From the NCBI GenBank assembly GCA_051884385.1, contig JBJEVN010000020.1:12710-76709 (forward strand): a stretch of 64,000 nt of DNA, read 5' to 3'. This document shows, one piece after another, positions 48,036 through 57,561 of this stretch. Below the pieces are notes generated by a model, which searched no databases, had not been told where the DNA came from, and was given only the letters and a program-made list of their open reading frames with translations. A program made the translations under genes and the position numbers. The stretch's first letter is position 1. Each line of letters starts with the position of its first letter. The stretch comes from Akkermansia sp. (GTDB taxonomy: Bacteria; Verrucomicrobiota; Verrucomicrobiia; Verrucomicrobiales; Akkermansiaceae).

Positions 48036-48788
48036 TCAGGGCAGCTGCCACGCCGCACGCAGGCGAGCATATTCCGCACGCGGCAGCAGAATGTACACCG
48101 GGCGACGGCTCGCCTGCAAGCGGGCAATCAACGCCCGCAGCTGTCCCTCGTCCATCGCCGTACACCCCGCTGTCGGCAGCGCACCGCCCCGGCGCCAAAT
48201 ATGAAAGAAAATGGCAGCCCCGCCGCCCACGACGACCCCGCCCGGCACATCGGGGGTATTGTGGCACACCAGCATCTTGATACTGTGCGCATCATCCGTC
48301 TGCCGCATCTGCTCGTGCAGCTCCCACGGCGTCGACGCCGGGTGGTCAAGACGCACCCAGCGATTGTACAGCTTGGGCAGGCGCTCATCCGTCACCCACA
48401 AATCAGCAGGAGTCACCCGCACATAGGGAATGCGGGCATCGTGCTGCACCGGGGTGGCATTCGTCACCCAAATTCCGCCCAGCGCAAAGATACCGGCGGG
48501 GGAACGGCCATCGCCCTCGCGTTTCTGCACCGCCCCGCGGACAGGCGGGTGCAGACCGCGCCCCCACACCGACCCGTTCCGACCCAAACGACCGCGAAAA
48601 GGGCCAAGCACCCGCTGCCAGCCACCGCTGCGCGAACGCTCCACCACCGACAAGCTCACCTCGGAGCTGTTCCAACCGTCCGTGATACCAACAACAGCCT
48701 GTGTACAATTGCTCGGCATCTGCGCAGCAAGCGGCAACAGCATACCCGGCAGCAACAGCCACGACATACAACGAAAAAACAAACGCAT
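48036..48788 (-). CDS. L,D-transpeptidase-fold (YkuD-like) protein, secreted
   Basis: Signal peptide MRLFFRCMSWLLLPGMLLPLAAQ. C-terminal AIFFHIWRRGGALPTAGCTAM (His...Cys catalytic pattern). Start set at 48788. Confidence 0.55.
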   Translation of the reverse strand: MRLFFRCMSWLLLPGMLLPLAAQMPSNCTQAVVGITDGWNSSEVSLSVVERSRSGGWQRVLGPFRGRLGRNGSVWGRGLHPPVRGAVQKREGDGRSPAGIFALGGIWVTNATPVQHDARIPYVRVTPADLWVTDERLPKLYNRWVRLDHPASTPWELHEQMRQTDDAHSIKMLVCHNTPDVPGGVVVGGGAAIFFHIWRRGGALPTAGCTAMDEGQLRALIARLQASRRPVYILLPRAEYARLRAAWQLP

Positions 48789-48793
48789 AGCGC

Positions 48794-48822
48794 ATGCTAC
48801 AACATCGGCGCTGCGCACACAA
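48794..48822 (-). promoter_or_regulatory. promoter: TTGTGT, 17 nt, TAGCAT, then 5 nt to ATG at 48788
   Basis: Minus-strand -35 at 48822-48817 and -10 at 48799-48794. Confidence 0.4.
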
Positions 48823-48892
48823 GCCCGGGAGCTGTCAGCGCAACGGGCACCCACTCTCCCCGAGAAAAAACAAAAAAAATGACATCGAATAC

Positions 48893-48921
48893 TTGAAAAA
48901 TACAAATCACTGTGCTAGTAT
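48893..48921 (+). promoter_or_regulatory. promoter: TTGAAA, 17 nt, TAGTAT, then 6 nt to a 3-codon ATG at 48928
   Basis: -35 at 48893-48898 and -10 at 48916-48921. The SNF2 ATG is 82 nt downstream of the -10. Confidence 0.5.
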
Positions 48922-49003
48922 TTCAACATGCCTGCGTGAGACGTAACAGGGTGAGCTGTGCACCCGAATCTCCGTACGGACATCGACACCTCTTCTCCCA
49001 CTC

Positions 49004-52000
49004 ATGTTAAGTTCCGCCCTCAATCCCGATCGTGCCACCCTCAATTTCCTCAACGCCTATGCCGAAGAGGTGCGCAATGAGGGTGAAAGGCTGCAAAAAG
49101 ACGGAGCCGTGACACAAATCTTCGGCAATCACCTCTACATTCAGGGACGGGTCGAAACCAAGAGCGGCACTTACCGCACCAGCTTACGCCTGCAGGGCAA
49201 TCGTTGGTTCGGCTCCTGCACCGCCGAGGATGAACGCACCGCCGGCATTTGCCTCATCGCCACGATGATTGAGCGCATGTACCGCGGCGCCAACATGCCC
49301 GAGAGCCCCAACGAGCTCAACGAGATTCCGCTCTCCGACCTCATCGAGGAAAAGCTCGGGCGCGATTTGGACGACCGCGAAGCCGATTTCGTCACTAAGC
49401 TTGAAAAGCGCTACCGCCGCTTTGCCATCGAGCAAGAGCTGCACGACCACGATCTGGTACGCCTCAACCCCCGCTGGGAAATCACCGGCTACGATGCCCT
49501 CGAACTCTGGCCCACGCCGCCGCGCAACATTCTCGAGTTCTGGAACTACATTGCCTACGCTTTCATGAAGAAGCGCATCTCCTACCCCGACTTCATGAAC
49601 GTGGTCACTGATCTGGAAAAGGTTCAGCGCCGCATCAGCCAATGGGAACGGGAGAAGGAAATCGGCACCTGGTACGACCGCATTCAAAGTGTCAATGAGC
49701 GCCCGCCGCAGCCACCGCGCCATGCGATGCACATGCGGCTCGTCTCCACCATCAACGAGGCGCATTTCGAGTACCGCTTTCTCGACAATGAAGACTGGAT
49801 TCCCGTGCGCGAGCGCTCGCAGCTCGACATGCTGATGGATGAGTTCCTGCGCGGCGCCCTCAAATGCGACCCGCAGAGCGACATCCTGCTCAACGTCCTG
49901 AGCGACTACGCCGACCGCGAGGACACCGTCGTTCTCGACCTCGACAAGGAGGCGGCCTGCTGCGTGATGAACCGCCTCTTCCACCAGCCGGCACTCAAGG
50001 GCTACCTTGTCAACCTCGATGAATGCTACTTCAAGGTGGTTCGTGAGCCGCTCAAGTGGATTTGCATCGACGACCCCATCGTCCCCGACTGCTATGGTTT
50101 GCAACTCGTCACTGCCGCCGGGGTACTCGTCACCCACTCGGTGCGCCAGCTGCCGGGGCAGGTCGAGCTCTACCAATCCGACGAAACCGTCTTCCCCGGC
50201 CCGCCCCGCTGGCTGGAAAGCACGGAAGTGGAGCCGCGCTACTCCATCCCGAAAACCGTCATCGACAGCTTGGACGGCGTGGAGTTCCTGCGTAAAATCG
50301 GCGCCACCCTCCCCCCGAGCATGGAGGAACGCGTCATCGACATCGAACTGCGCCCCACCTTCAGCATGAGGATTGTGCGCGGACTCACCAGCGCCGACAC
50401 CGAACATGTACTGCTCGAGGTCACCGCGCAGGATCCCCCCGGACGCCGCCACGAACGACTGGGCAAGGACGACTGGGAGCTTGTCAGCCAGCAGCCCGTC
50501 AAAGACAACACCTTGCTGCGCTTCATCCGCGACTACCTCTACCCCATTCCCGGGCTGTTGGAGGAGATGAACTTCACCTACGACACCCAGCAGGGCGCTT
50601 TCAAGAGCCGCATCACCAAGCAGTTCCCCGAGAAATTTGCCGAATGGGCCAAAGCCATTCCCGACAGCATCAACGTCGAGATGGACGAGGGGCTTAAGTC
50701 CCTGCTGGCCGACCCCGTGGCCGCAGCCATCCGCTTCGAGGTTGTCAATCAGGAAATCGACTGGTTCGACCTGCGCGTCGTCATCGATGTGGAGGGCGTC
50801 ACCCTGACCAAGGAGCAAATCCGATCGCTGGTCTCAGCGCGCGGCGGCTATGTGCGCATGGACGACGGGCGCTGGATGCGCCTCGAAATCAAGCTTGACG
50901 ATGCCCAGCGCGATGCCGTGACCAAGCTGGGGCTCGACCCCTTCGACCTCTCAGGCGAAACGCACCGCATGCACGCCCTGCAGCTGGCCGACCCGCGCGC
51001 CGCCGAGGTCTTCGACCCCAAGGCTTGGCAGCGCATCAAGGAGCGCACCGCCGAAATCCGCATCGATGTCAAGCCCGATGTACCCACGCAGCTGCAGGCC
51101 ACGCTGCGTCCCTACCAGGTGGAGGGCTTCCACTTCCTCGCCTACCTGGCCGTCAACGGCTTCGGCGGAATTCTCGCAGACGACATGGGCTTGGGCAAGA
51201 CCATCCAATCCATCACCTACATTCTGTGGCTGCGCGAGGAATACCTGCGCAACAACAAGAAAGGGCGCAAGAAAGTCGTCATCCCACCCGTCCTCATCGT
51301 CTGCCCCAAATCTGTTTTGGATGTTTGGGCCGGCGAAACGGAGAAGTTCGCCCCCGGCGTACGCGTCCTCGTCATCCGCAACAAGGAACAGGCCGTGGTC
51401 GACGATATTCTGGCCGACTACGACATGGTGGTCATCAACTACGCTCAGTTGCGCGTCTGCGGCGAGCAAATCAACGCCATCAAATGGCTCACCGTCATTC
51501 TCGATGAGGGTCAGCAGATCAAGAACCCGGATTCCAAAGCCGCCAAAGCCGCGCGCGAAATCTCCGCGTACAATCGACTCGTTCTCTCCGGCACCCCCAT
51601 CGAGAACCGCCTGCTGGACATGTGGTCACTCATGGCCTTTGCCATGCCCGGCGTTCTGGGCAGCCGTGCCTACTTCAAGAAACGCTTCGACAAACGCAAG
51701 GATTCCCAAAGTCAGAATCGTTTGGCCGCACGCCTGAAACCTTTCCTGCTGCGCCGCACCAAGGCTCAGGTGGCCAAGGATTTGCCACCTCGTACCGAGG
51801 AAGAGGTATACGCCAAGATGGAGGGCATCCAGCACCAGCTCTACAAGGCCGAGCTGCGCCGCATTCAGAAGGCCTTGCTCGGAGTCGATTCCGATGAATC
51901 CGTCAAGAAGAATTCCTTTGCGATTCTGCAAGGACTCATGCGCCTGCGTCAAATCTGCTGCCACCCCGGTCTCGTCGATCCCAAATATCTCAAGGAGGAC

Positions 52001-52546
52001 AGCGCCAAGCTCAACGCCCTCTTCTACCTGCTCGACCAGTTGCGCGAGGAAGGCCACAAGGTGCTGGTATTCTCGCAATTCGTCTCCATGCTGGAAATCA
52101 TCAAGACCCGTTTGGAAGCCGAGAGCCGTCCCTACAATTACCTCACCGGGCAAACCAAGGATCGCAAGGCCGAAATCGAAAAGTTCCAGACGACCAAGGA
52201 ACCCAGCGTGTTCCTACTCTCGCTCAAAGCGGGCGGGGCGGGTCTGAACCTCACCTCCGCCTCCTATGTCATCCTCTACGATCCCTGGTGGAACCCCGCT
52301 GTGGAGAGTCAGGCCATCGACCGAACCCACCGCATCGGTCAAAAAAACAAGGTGATTGCCTACCGTCTGCTCACCCGCGACTCAGTGGAAGAAAAGATTC
52401 GCGTTCTGCAACACCAGAAAAACCAGTTGGTAACCAATGTTCTGGGTGATGAAGGCTTTGCCTCCAGCCTCGATCTCAACGACCTGCAGTTCATCTTGGC
52501 TCACGGCGGCGACGACAACGACGACAGTCCCGTCCTCGAGGTCTAA
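49004..52546 (+). CDS. SNF2-family DEAD/H helicase (1180 aa)
   Basis: LRPYQVEGFHFLAYL...ILADDMGLGKTIQ, DEGQQIKN, LSGTPIENRL, and helicase-C motifs (VLVFSQF, LKAGGAGLNLTSASYVILYDPWWNPAVESQAIDRTHRIGQ). Confidence 0.9.
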   Translation: MLSSALNPDRATLNFLNAYAEEVRNEGERLQKDGAVTQIFGNHLYIQGRVETKSGTYRTSLRLQGNRWFGSCTAEDERTAGICLIATMIERMYRGANMPESPNELNEIPLSDLIEEKLGRDLDDREADFVTKLEKRYRRFAIEQELHDHDLVRLNPRWEITGYDALELWPTPPRNILEFWNYIAYAFMKKRISYPDFMNVVTDLEKVQRRISQWEREKEIGTWYDRIQSVNERPPQPPRHAMHMRLVSTINEAHFEYRFLDNEDWIPVRERSQLDMLMDEFLRGALKCDPQSDILLNVLSDYADREDTVVLDLDKEAACCVMNRLFHQPALKGYLVNLDECYFKVVREPLKWICIDDPIVPDCYGLQLVTAAGVLVTHSVRQLPGQVELYQSDETVFPGPPRWLESTEVEPRYSIPKTVIDSLDGVEFLRKIGATLPPSMEERVIDIELRPTFSMRIVRGLTSADTEHVLLEVTAQDPPGRRHERLGKDDWELVSQQPVKDNTLLRFIRDYLYPIPGLLEEMNFTYDTQQGAFKSRITKQFPEKFAEWAKAIPDSINVEMDEGLKSLLADPVAAAIRFEVVNQEIDWFDLRVVIDVEGVTLTKEQIRSLVSARGGYVRMDDGRWMRLEIKLDDAQRDAVTKLGLDPFDLSGETHRMHALQLADPRAAEVFDPKAWQRIKERTAEIRIDVKPDVPTQLQATLRPYQVEGFHFLAYLAVNGFGGILADDMGLGKTIQSITYILWLREEYLRNNKKGRKKVVIPPVLIVCPKSVLDVWAGETEKFAPGVRVLVIRNKEQAVVDDILADYDMVVINYAQLRVCGEQINAIKWLTVILDEGQQIKNPDSKAAKAAREISAYNRLVLSGTPIENRLLDMWSLMAFAMPGVLGSRAYFKKRFDKRKDSQSQNRLAARLKPFLLRRTKAQVAKDLPPRTEEEVYAKMEGIQHQLYKAELRRIQKALLGVDSDESVKKNSFAILQGLMRLRQICCHPGLVDPKYLKEDSAKLNALFYLLDQLREEGHKVLVFSQFVSMLEIIKTRLEAESRPYNYLTGQTKDRKAEIEKFQTTKEPSVFLLSLKAGGAGLNLTSASYVILYDPWWNPAVESQAIDRTHRIGQKNKVIAYRLLTRDSVEEKIRVLQHQKNQLVTNVLGDEGFASSLDLNDLQFILAHGGDDNDDSPVLEV

Positions 52547-52567
52547 TCCCCGCCCCCGATTATTCCG

Positions 52568-52605
52568 AAAAGCCTGCTCCGTCCCGCCGCGGAGCAGGCT
52601 TTTTC
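52568..52605 (+). terminator. rho-independent terminator
   Basis: AAAAGCCTGCTCCG, loop TCCCGCCG, CGGAGCAGGCTTTTT. Confidence 0.7.
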
Positions 52606-52710
52606 GTCAGGGTCACCAAAACCTGTCAGCACAGGATATTTTTCCCGCTACAGCGCACTTTTTGAGTGACTTCGCATGGGGATTTTGCTAGCATGCTTTT
52701 GATATAGGTT

Positions 52711-55158
52711 ATGAACGGCTCGATCACACGCACGGTTCTTCTCTCCCTTGCCGCCTCGGTTGCCCTCCTCCCCTCAACTCCTGCCCAAGAGGGAGCTGCT
52801 GACATGCCCGAGACCTCTCGCCGCGAGCTGGCTCTGCGCGATGCCATGCAGCAGCTGCAGGAAGCCCGCACCGCCTACAGCGAGCAGAAATACAGCGATG
52901 CCGTCGAGCACTATCGCAACGCTCTCGCCGTGCTGCCGCAGGCTCCGGCTACGCAAAAGCAGCAACAGTTCATCCGCGCGAGTCTCTCCGATGCGCTGAT
53001 TGCCAAAGCCATGGACTATCGCAGCGTCGGACGACTTGACGAAGCCATCGAGTTCCTGAGCGAGGCCATCGAACTGGATCCGACCAACAAGCGCGCTCGG
53101 CAAGAACTGAGCCGCACGCAGGATCCCGTGCGGAACAACCCGGCTCTGACGCCACAGCATATCGGCAATGTCGAAAGCGTCAACCGCGAGCTCACCCTGG
53201 GTTACGGGCATCTGGATTTGGGGAAGTACGATGATGCCGTCGAGGCGTTCCGCCGGGCGCTGCAAATCGACCCCTACAACACCGCTGCACAACGCGGCAT
53301 CGAAACGGCCACCAAGCGGAAACAAGCCTACTACAACGCCGCGCACGACAGCGCCCGCGCCGCCGCGCTGGCTCAGGTAGACGCCACTTGGGAGGAACAG
53401 GTGCCGAGCGATGAGACTCCAGTCGCTGCCGCTTCCGCCGAGACAGCGGGATCCCCCGCCGAGGACAGCGAGGAGGAGCAACGCATGGGCGAAGCACTGC
53501 GCACGATCACTCTCGCTCAAATCGTGTTCGATGATGTGCCCATCATGGATGTTGTCGATGCTCTGCAAGCGCAGATCAACAGCCACGAGAGCTCCGGCAG
53601 CATCCCCGCCTCGCGCCACATCAACCTCACCACCAACTTCGGCTCGCCCGACAGTGCCGGGTATACGGACATCATGGCGCGACGCGTCAATCTCAAACTC
53701 TCTGATGTGACGCTGAGTGATGTTCTGGACGCTCTCGCCAAACAGCTGGGCATCACCTACCACATCACCGCTACCGGAGTGCAACTCTCTTACTCCGGCA
53801 AGGACTTCGGCCCCATGGTGGAGCGCAGCTACACCGTCGCCCCCCACTTCTTCGATACCGAAACGGAAAGCGATGACGACGAGGACAGCGACTTCAGCTC
53901 CTCGACCATCCGCGTACGCCGAGTCAATCCTGTGCAGGCGCTCAAGGGGATGGGCATCTCCTTCCCCGAGGGCGCCACGGCGCGCTACGACGCTGCCTCG
54001 CGCACGCTCACCGTACGCAACACCCCCTACAATCAGGAGGAAATCGCCGAACTCACCCAAATTCCGATGGAGGATCGGAACCAAAGCGTTGTCCTCAACA
54101 TCATTGCGATGGAGGTCGGCGAGAAAGACCTCGAGGAATTGGGCTTTGAGTGGCTGGTCAATCTCAACCTCGGTCCCGACTTTCTCTACGGCGGCGGCGG
54201 GGTGATCAAAACTGCCGCAGAAGCCGGCTGGGTCACCGCGCAAGGCGATCAATCGACTCAATACGCCGACACCCCCTCGGCATCCATGACGGAAGGGCTC
54301 CGCTCCGGCGCCATCTCTGCCGGAAGCCTTGAACGCCTGATCGAAAGCGGCAGCGCCATGGCCTATGCTCAAAACTCCATGAGTTCCGCCAAGGCGCCGG
54401 GCATCTTCAGCATGCGCGGCATCTGGAATGCGGGCGATGTCACCATGATCATGCGCGGGCTCTCTCAAAAGAAAGCCACGGATGTTCTCTTCAGTCCCCG
54501 CTTCGTCTTCACACCCGGAGCCGAGCAACAAGTCAGCTTTGCCAATGTGCGCGAGCTGTTCTACCCGGAGAGCTATTCGGAGCCGCAGGTGCCGCAAAAC
54601 ACCAGTGTCGACGGCTGCGTGGTTGCCCCGGCTCATCCCGAGGAATTCACCCGCTTCGGCATGACGGAGGAAGATGTGGTGGGTGGCATCGGTTCCATCG
54701 TGCAGGTACACAGTGCTCAGGCATCGCCGGACGGCAATGTCGTCACCGTTGCGCTGACCTTCACCATTAACGAGTTTGAAGGCTTTATCAACTGGGGCAG
54801 CCCCATCACAACAGCCATCACCACCCCGTCCGGCAATGTCGGTATTGAGGTAGTCAGACTGAGCGAAAACCGGATTCTCAAACCCCTCTTCAAGCGCCGC
54901 ATGGAGAACACCAAGGTATCGGTCTCTCCCGGTTCGGTTTTGGTCTTAGGCGGTCTGCAGGAAGCCCAAAATGTGCGCTTCGAGGACAAGCTGCCTGTTT
55001 TGGGAGACCTGCCCTTGGTCGGGAGACTCTTCCGCTCGGAGGGCACCCAAACCTCGCGCAAGGCATTTCTGGTTTTCATCAAAATCGATCTCGTGGATCC
55101 GACCGGCAAGGATCCCCATACGGGTAAGCGTCCCGCAAATGAAATCGGATCACTCTAA
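52711..55158 (+). CDS. secretin (type II/III secretion system family) with an N-terminal TPR region
   Basis: Signal peptide, TPR-like helices (YSDAVEHYRNALAV, GRLDEAIEFLSEAIELDP, YDDAVEAFRRALQIDP), and a C-terminal secretin motif VLVLGGL...DKLPVLGDLPLVGRLFRS...LVFIKIDLV. Confidence 0.8.
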   Translation: MNGSITRTVLLSLAASVALLPSTPAQEGAADMPETSRRELALRDAMQQLQEARTAYSEQKYSDAVEHYRNALAVLPQAPATQKQQQFIRASLSDALIAKAMDYRSVGRLDEAIEFLSEAIELDPTNKRARQELSRTQDPVRNNPALTPQHIGNVESVNRELTLGYGHLDLGKYDDAVEAFRRALQIDPYNTAAQRGIETATKRKQAYYNAAHDSARAAALAQVDATWEEQVPSDETPVAAASAETAGSPAEDSEEEQRMGEALRTITLAQIVFDDVPIMDVVDALQAQINSHESSGSIPASRHINLTTNFGSPDSAGYTDIMARRVNLKLSDVTLSDVLDALAKQLGITYHITATGVQLSYSGKDFGPMVERSYTVAPHFFDTETESDDDEDSDFSSSTIRVRRVNPVQALKGMGISFPEGATARYDAASRTLTVRNTPYNQEEIAELTQIPMEDRNQSVVLNIIAMEVGEKDLEELGFEWLVNLNLGPDFLYGGGGVIKTAAEAGWVTAQGDQSTQYADTPSASMTEGLRSGAISAGSLERLIESGSAMAYAQNSMSSAKAPGIFSMRGIWNAGDVTMIMRGLSQKKATDVLFSPRFVFTPGAEQQVSFANVRELFYPESYSEPQVPQNTSVDGCVVAPAHPEEFTRFGMTEEDVVGGIGSIVQVHSAQASPDGNVVTVALTFTINEFEGFINWGSPITTAITTPSGNVGIEVVRLSENRILKPLFKRRMENTKVSVSPGSVLVLGGLQEAQNVRFEDKLPVLGDLPLVGRLFRSEGTQTSRKAFLVFIKIDLVDPTGKDPHTGKRPANEIGSL

Positions 55159-55172
55159 CTGAAAGCAAACGG

Positions 55173-56855
55173 ATGGCTCCTCATCACCAACACCCCGAAC
55201 CGGAGGAAAATGCGTCGTCGCAAGTACGGGGTATCATCAATCGCCTCAACGACGAAAAACCCTCGCACGAAAAATCCCGCGAACTGGTTGTCCGCCCGGA
55301 CGGAACCAAGGTCTACCGCGTCACCAAAAAACGCCGTGTTCTCATCACCGAGCAAGAAAAGCGCCGCAGCGGGCGGATGGTGTTTCTGAAAATCCTCATG
55401 GGTCTTGCCCTCATCGTTCTTGTACTGCTGGGAATTCTCTCCTACCGCATGTCGACAATGAACGGCAAAAATTACATCCAAAGCCGCATCAGCGAGTTTC
55501 AGCAACACTGGGGTGCCGAAAGCATCACCATCACCGGAGCGGGGATCAACGGAACGTCTCTGAACCTCAGCACACTGGTAGCCGAATTTCCGGAGGACTC
55601 TCTCATCCGGCGCATCGAGCTGACCGATATCTCCGCCGAGTTGGACACCCTCTCCTTTTTCTCCGAGATCCTGCGGGGAAACGAGCTCAGCATTGCCCGT
55701 GCAAACGTTTATCTCAACCCCGATGCCCGGCACCTGCATCTTCCCCACGCATCCGGCAAGGCGCTTTGGTCTTTCCGCCGCATGAAGTGCGATGACCTCA
55801 ATCTCAGCGTCGGCTCTCCCGAGAATGCGCCTGTGCATGTCAAAAATGCCCCGGCCTATTTGTACTACCCCCGCCCGGGCAACACCAACAACGCCTCCAT
55901 CATCCTCAACGGGGGCACCCTGCACCTGCGGGGCATGCGCACCCTGTACATCGCAGAGGCCAAGCTGCTGCTGAGCGAGCAAGTCATCAGCGATTTTTAT
56001 GTGAAAGGCAGCACCACGGTCAACACCAACCTCCCCGAGCAAGAGCGCGACAGAATGCTCATCAGGGGGCATTTGGACGAGGGCGCTGCGCTGGCAGGAC
56101 CCTTCGAATTTGACTCGGATAACATGCCCATCTCGAGCTTTACCGACGGTCGTTTGGAGGGGATTTTCTCTGCAAAAACCGTTGCACAGGCTGTCAGCAA
56201 CAATCGCTCGCAAGCGCGCATCCTCCTGCCGCTCGATGTGAACGAACCAGAGTTCACCGGTGAGTTCCGACTCAAGGATATCTGCCTGACCGGCTTTCCT
56301 GCCCAAAGCCGCCTGCTCGAACACATCAACTCCTCCAAGCGCAGTAACTACCAACCGGCTCGCATCACGCGCGGCTGGGTGAGGCTGCAGCGCGACGGCG
56401 GAACGCTTATTCTGGAAATCCCGGAGGAGGCTCTTGTTGAGCGCGACCTGATTTCCCTGCGCGGACACATAGAGCTGAATGAGCGCAACGAGCTGAGCGG
56501 CCAGATGGATTACGGCATGCCGACAATTCTGACCCACGCAGAATATGCCGACGGCAAATCCGATCCCATCTTCCGCGAAGATGCCGGGCTGGCTTGGCTC
56601 TGCACGACAATTTCCGGCACCACTCATCTCCCGCAAGACAATTCAGCAGAGCTCGAAGCCGCGGCCCAGGCGGCGCGGGGAGAGCGAGCCGAAAGGCTGT
56701 CGCTGGAGGATGTGGACCTCAACCAGATCTCCGAGGGGCTCCGTCGCCAGAAAGAACTCCTGCAGCAAATCGACAAGACAGAATCGATTTCCGATCCGAA
56801 ACAAGAGGATCCCTTTGCCCCGCAGGAGGATCCTTTCAAACACCCCTTGGATTAA
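55173..56855 (+). CDS. hypothetical single-pass membrane protein (560 aa), large extracytoplasmic domain
   Basis: Basic N-terminus and TM segment FLKILMGLALIVLVLLGIL. No family recognised. Lies 14 nt after the secretin stop. Confidence 0.55.
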   Translation: MAPHHQHPEPEENASSQVRGIINRLNDEKPSHEKSRELVVRPDGTKVYRVTKKRRVLITEQEKRRSGRMVFLKILMGLALIVLVLLGILSYRMSTMNGKNYIQSRISEFQQHWGAESITITGAGINGTSLNLSTLVAEFPEDSLIRRIELTDISAELDTLSFFSEILRGNELSIARANVYLNPDARHLHLPHASGKALWSFRRMKCDDLNLSVGSPENAPVHVKNAPAYLYYPRPGNTNNASIILNGGTLHLRGMRTLYIAEAKLLLSEQVISDFYVKGSTTVNTNLPEQERDRMLIRGHLDEGAALAGPFEFDSDNMPISSFTDGRLEGIFSAKTVAQAVSNNRSQARILLPLDVNEPEFTGEFRLKDICLTGFPAQSRLLEHINSSKRSNYQPARITRGWVRLQRDGGTLILEIPEEALVERDLISLRGHIELNERNELSGQMDYGMPTILTHAEYADGKSDPIFREDAGLAWLCTTISGTTHLPQDNSAELEAAAQAARGERAERLSLEDVDLNQISEGLRRQKELLQQIDKTESISDPKQEDPFAPQEDPFKHPLD

Positions 56856-56862
56856 GCTCCCC

Positions 56863-57546
56863 ATGGCCGATCGAGCAACAGAACTGCGCTCCAAGTGGTG
56901 GACCCGTCCGGTGGGGCACCTCGCTTGGCTCCTCATCACGCTGGTCTGCCTCACGCTGCGCAAAAAATTTGTTTCGCTTAGCCCCGATGAACGCCCCCCG
57001 GGCAGCTACCCCGTCATCGTGGCTCTGTGGCACAACAACACCTTCACCCCCTGCTACTTCTACCGCTACATCCTGCGCGGCAGCGTCACCATGAGCATGC
57101 TAACCAGCGCCAGCAAAGACGGCGCGGCGCTCTCCGTCGTCGCCGAGGACTACGGCATGCGCACCGTCCGCGGCTCCTCGCACCGTCGCGGCATTGCCGG
57201 CTTCATGGACATGAAGCGCGAAATTGACAACGGATGCAGCATGTGCATCACGCCCGACGGCCCCCGAGGCCCCATCTACCGCTGCCACAACGGCGTCATC
57301 AAAATCGCCTCCCTCAGCGGGTTACCCATCATCCCGCTCTGCTTCGATATCCCGCATTGCTGGCGCATCAGCAAGGCCTGGGATGGCTACATCATCCCCA
57401 AGCCCTTCTCGCGTGTCTGTCTCCGCTGGGGTGAGCCCATCCATGTCCCGCCCGATTTGAGCGATGAGCAAGTGCGCGCCTACGCCGAGCAGCTGGAGCG
57501 AGCTCTGGCGCACGGGCGCCCGGACTTCGCCCCCTTTTCCTCCTGA
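56863..57546 (+). CDS. DUF374-type lysophospholipid acyltransferase-family protein
   Basis: VALWHNNTF...LTSASKDGAALSVVAEDYGMRTVRGSSHRRGIAG...ITPDGPRGP. The track ORF from 56545 is over-extended. Confidence 0.7.
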   Translation: MADRATELRSKWWTRPVGHLAWLLITLVCLTLRKKFVSLSPDERPPGSYPVIVALWHNNTFTPCYFYRYILRGSVTMSMLTSASKDGAALSVVAEDYGMRTVRGSSHRRGIAGFMDMKREIDNGCSMCITPDGPRGPIYRCHNGVIKIASLSGLPIIPLCFDIPHCWRISKAWDGYIIPKPFSRVCLRWGEPIHVPPDLSDEQVRAYAEQLERALAHGRPDFAPFSS

Positions 57547-57561
57547 CAACAACGCTCATTC

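Noticed and set aside
49004-49300. A possible SWIM zinc finger at the N-terminus of the SNF2 helicase.
   Set aside because: The CxCx(n)CxH pattern is not present. Only scattered Cys residues occur (GSCTAEDERTAGICL), so this is not claimed.
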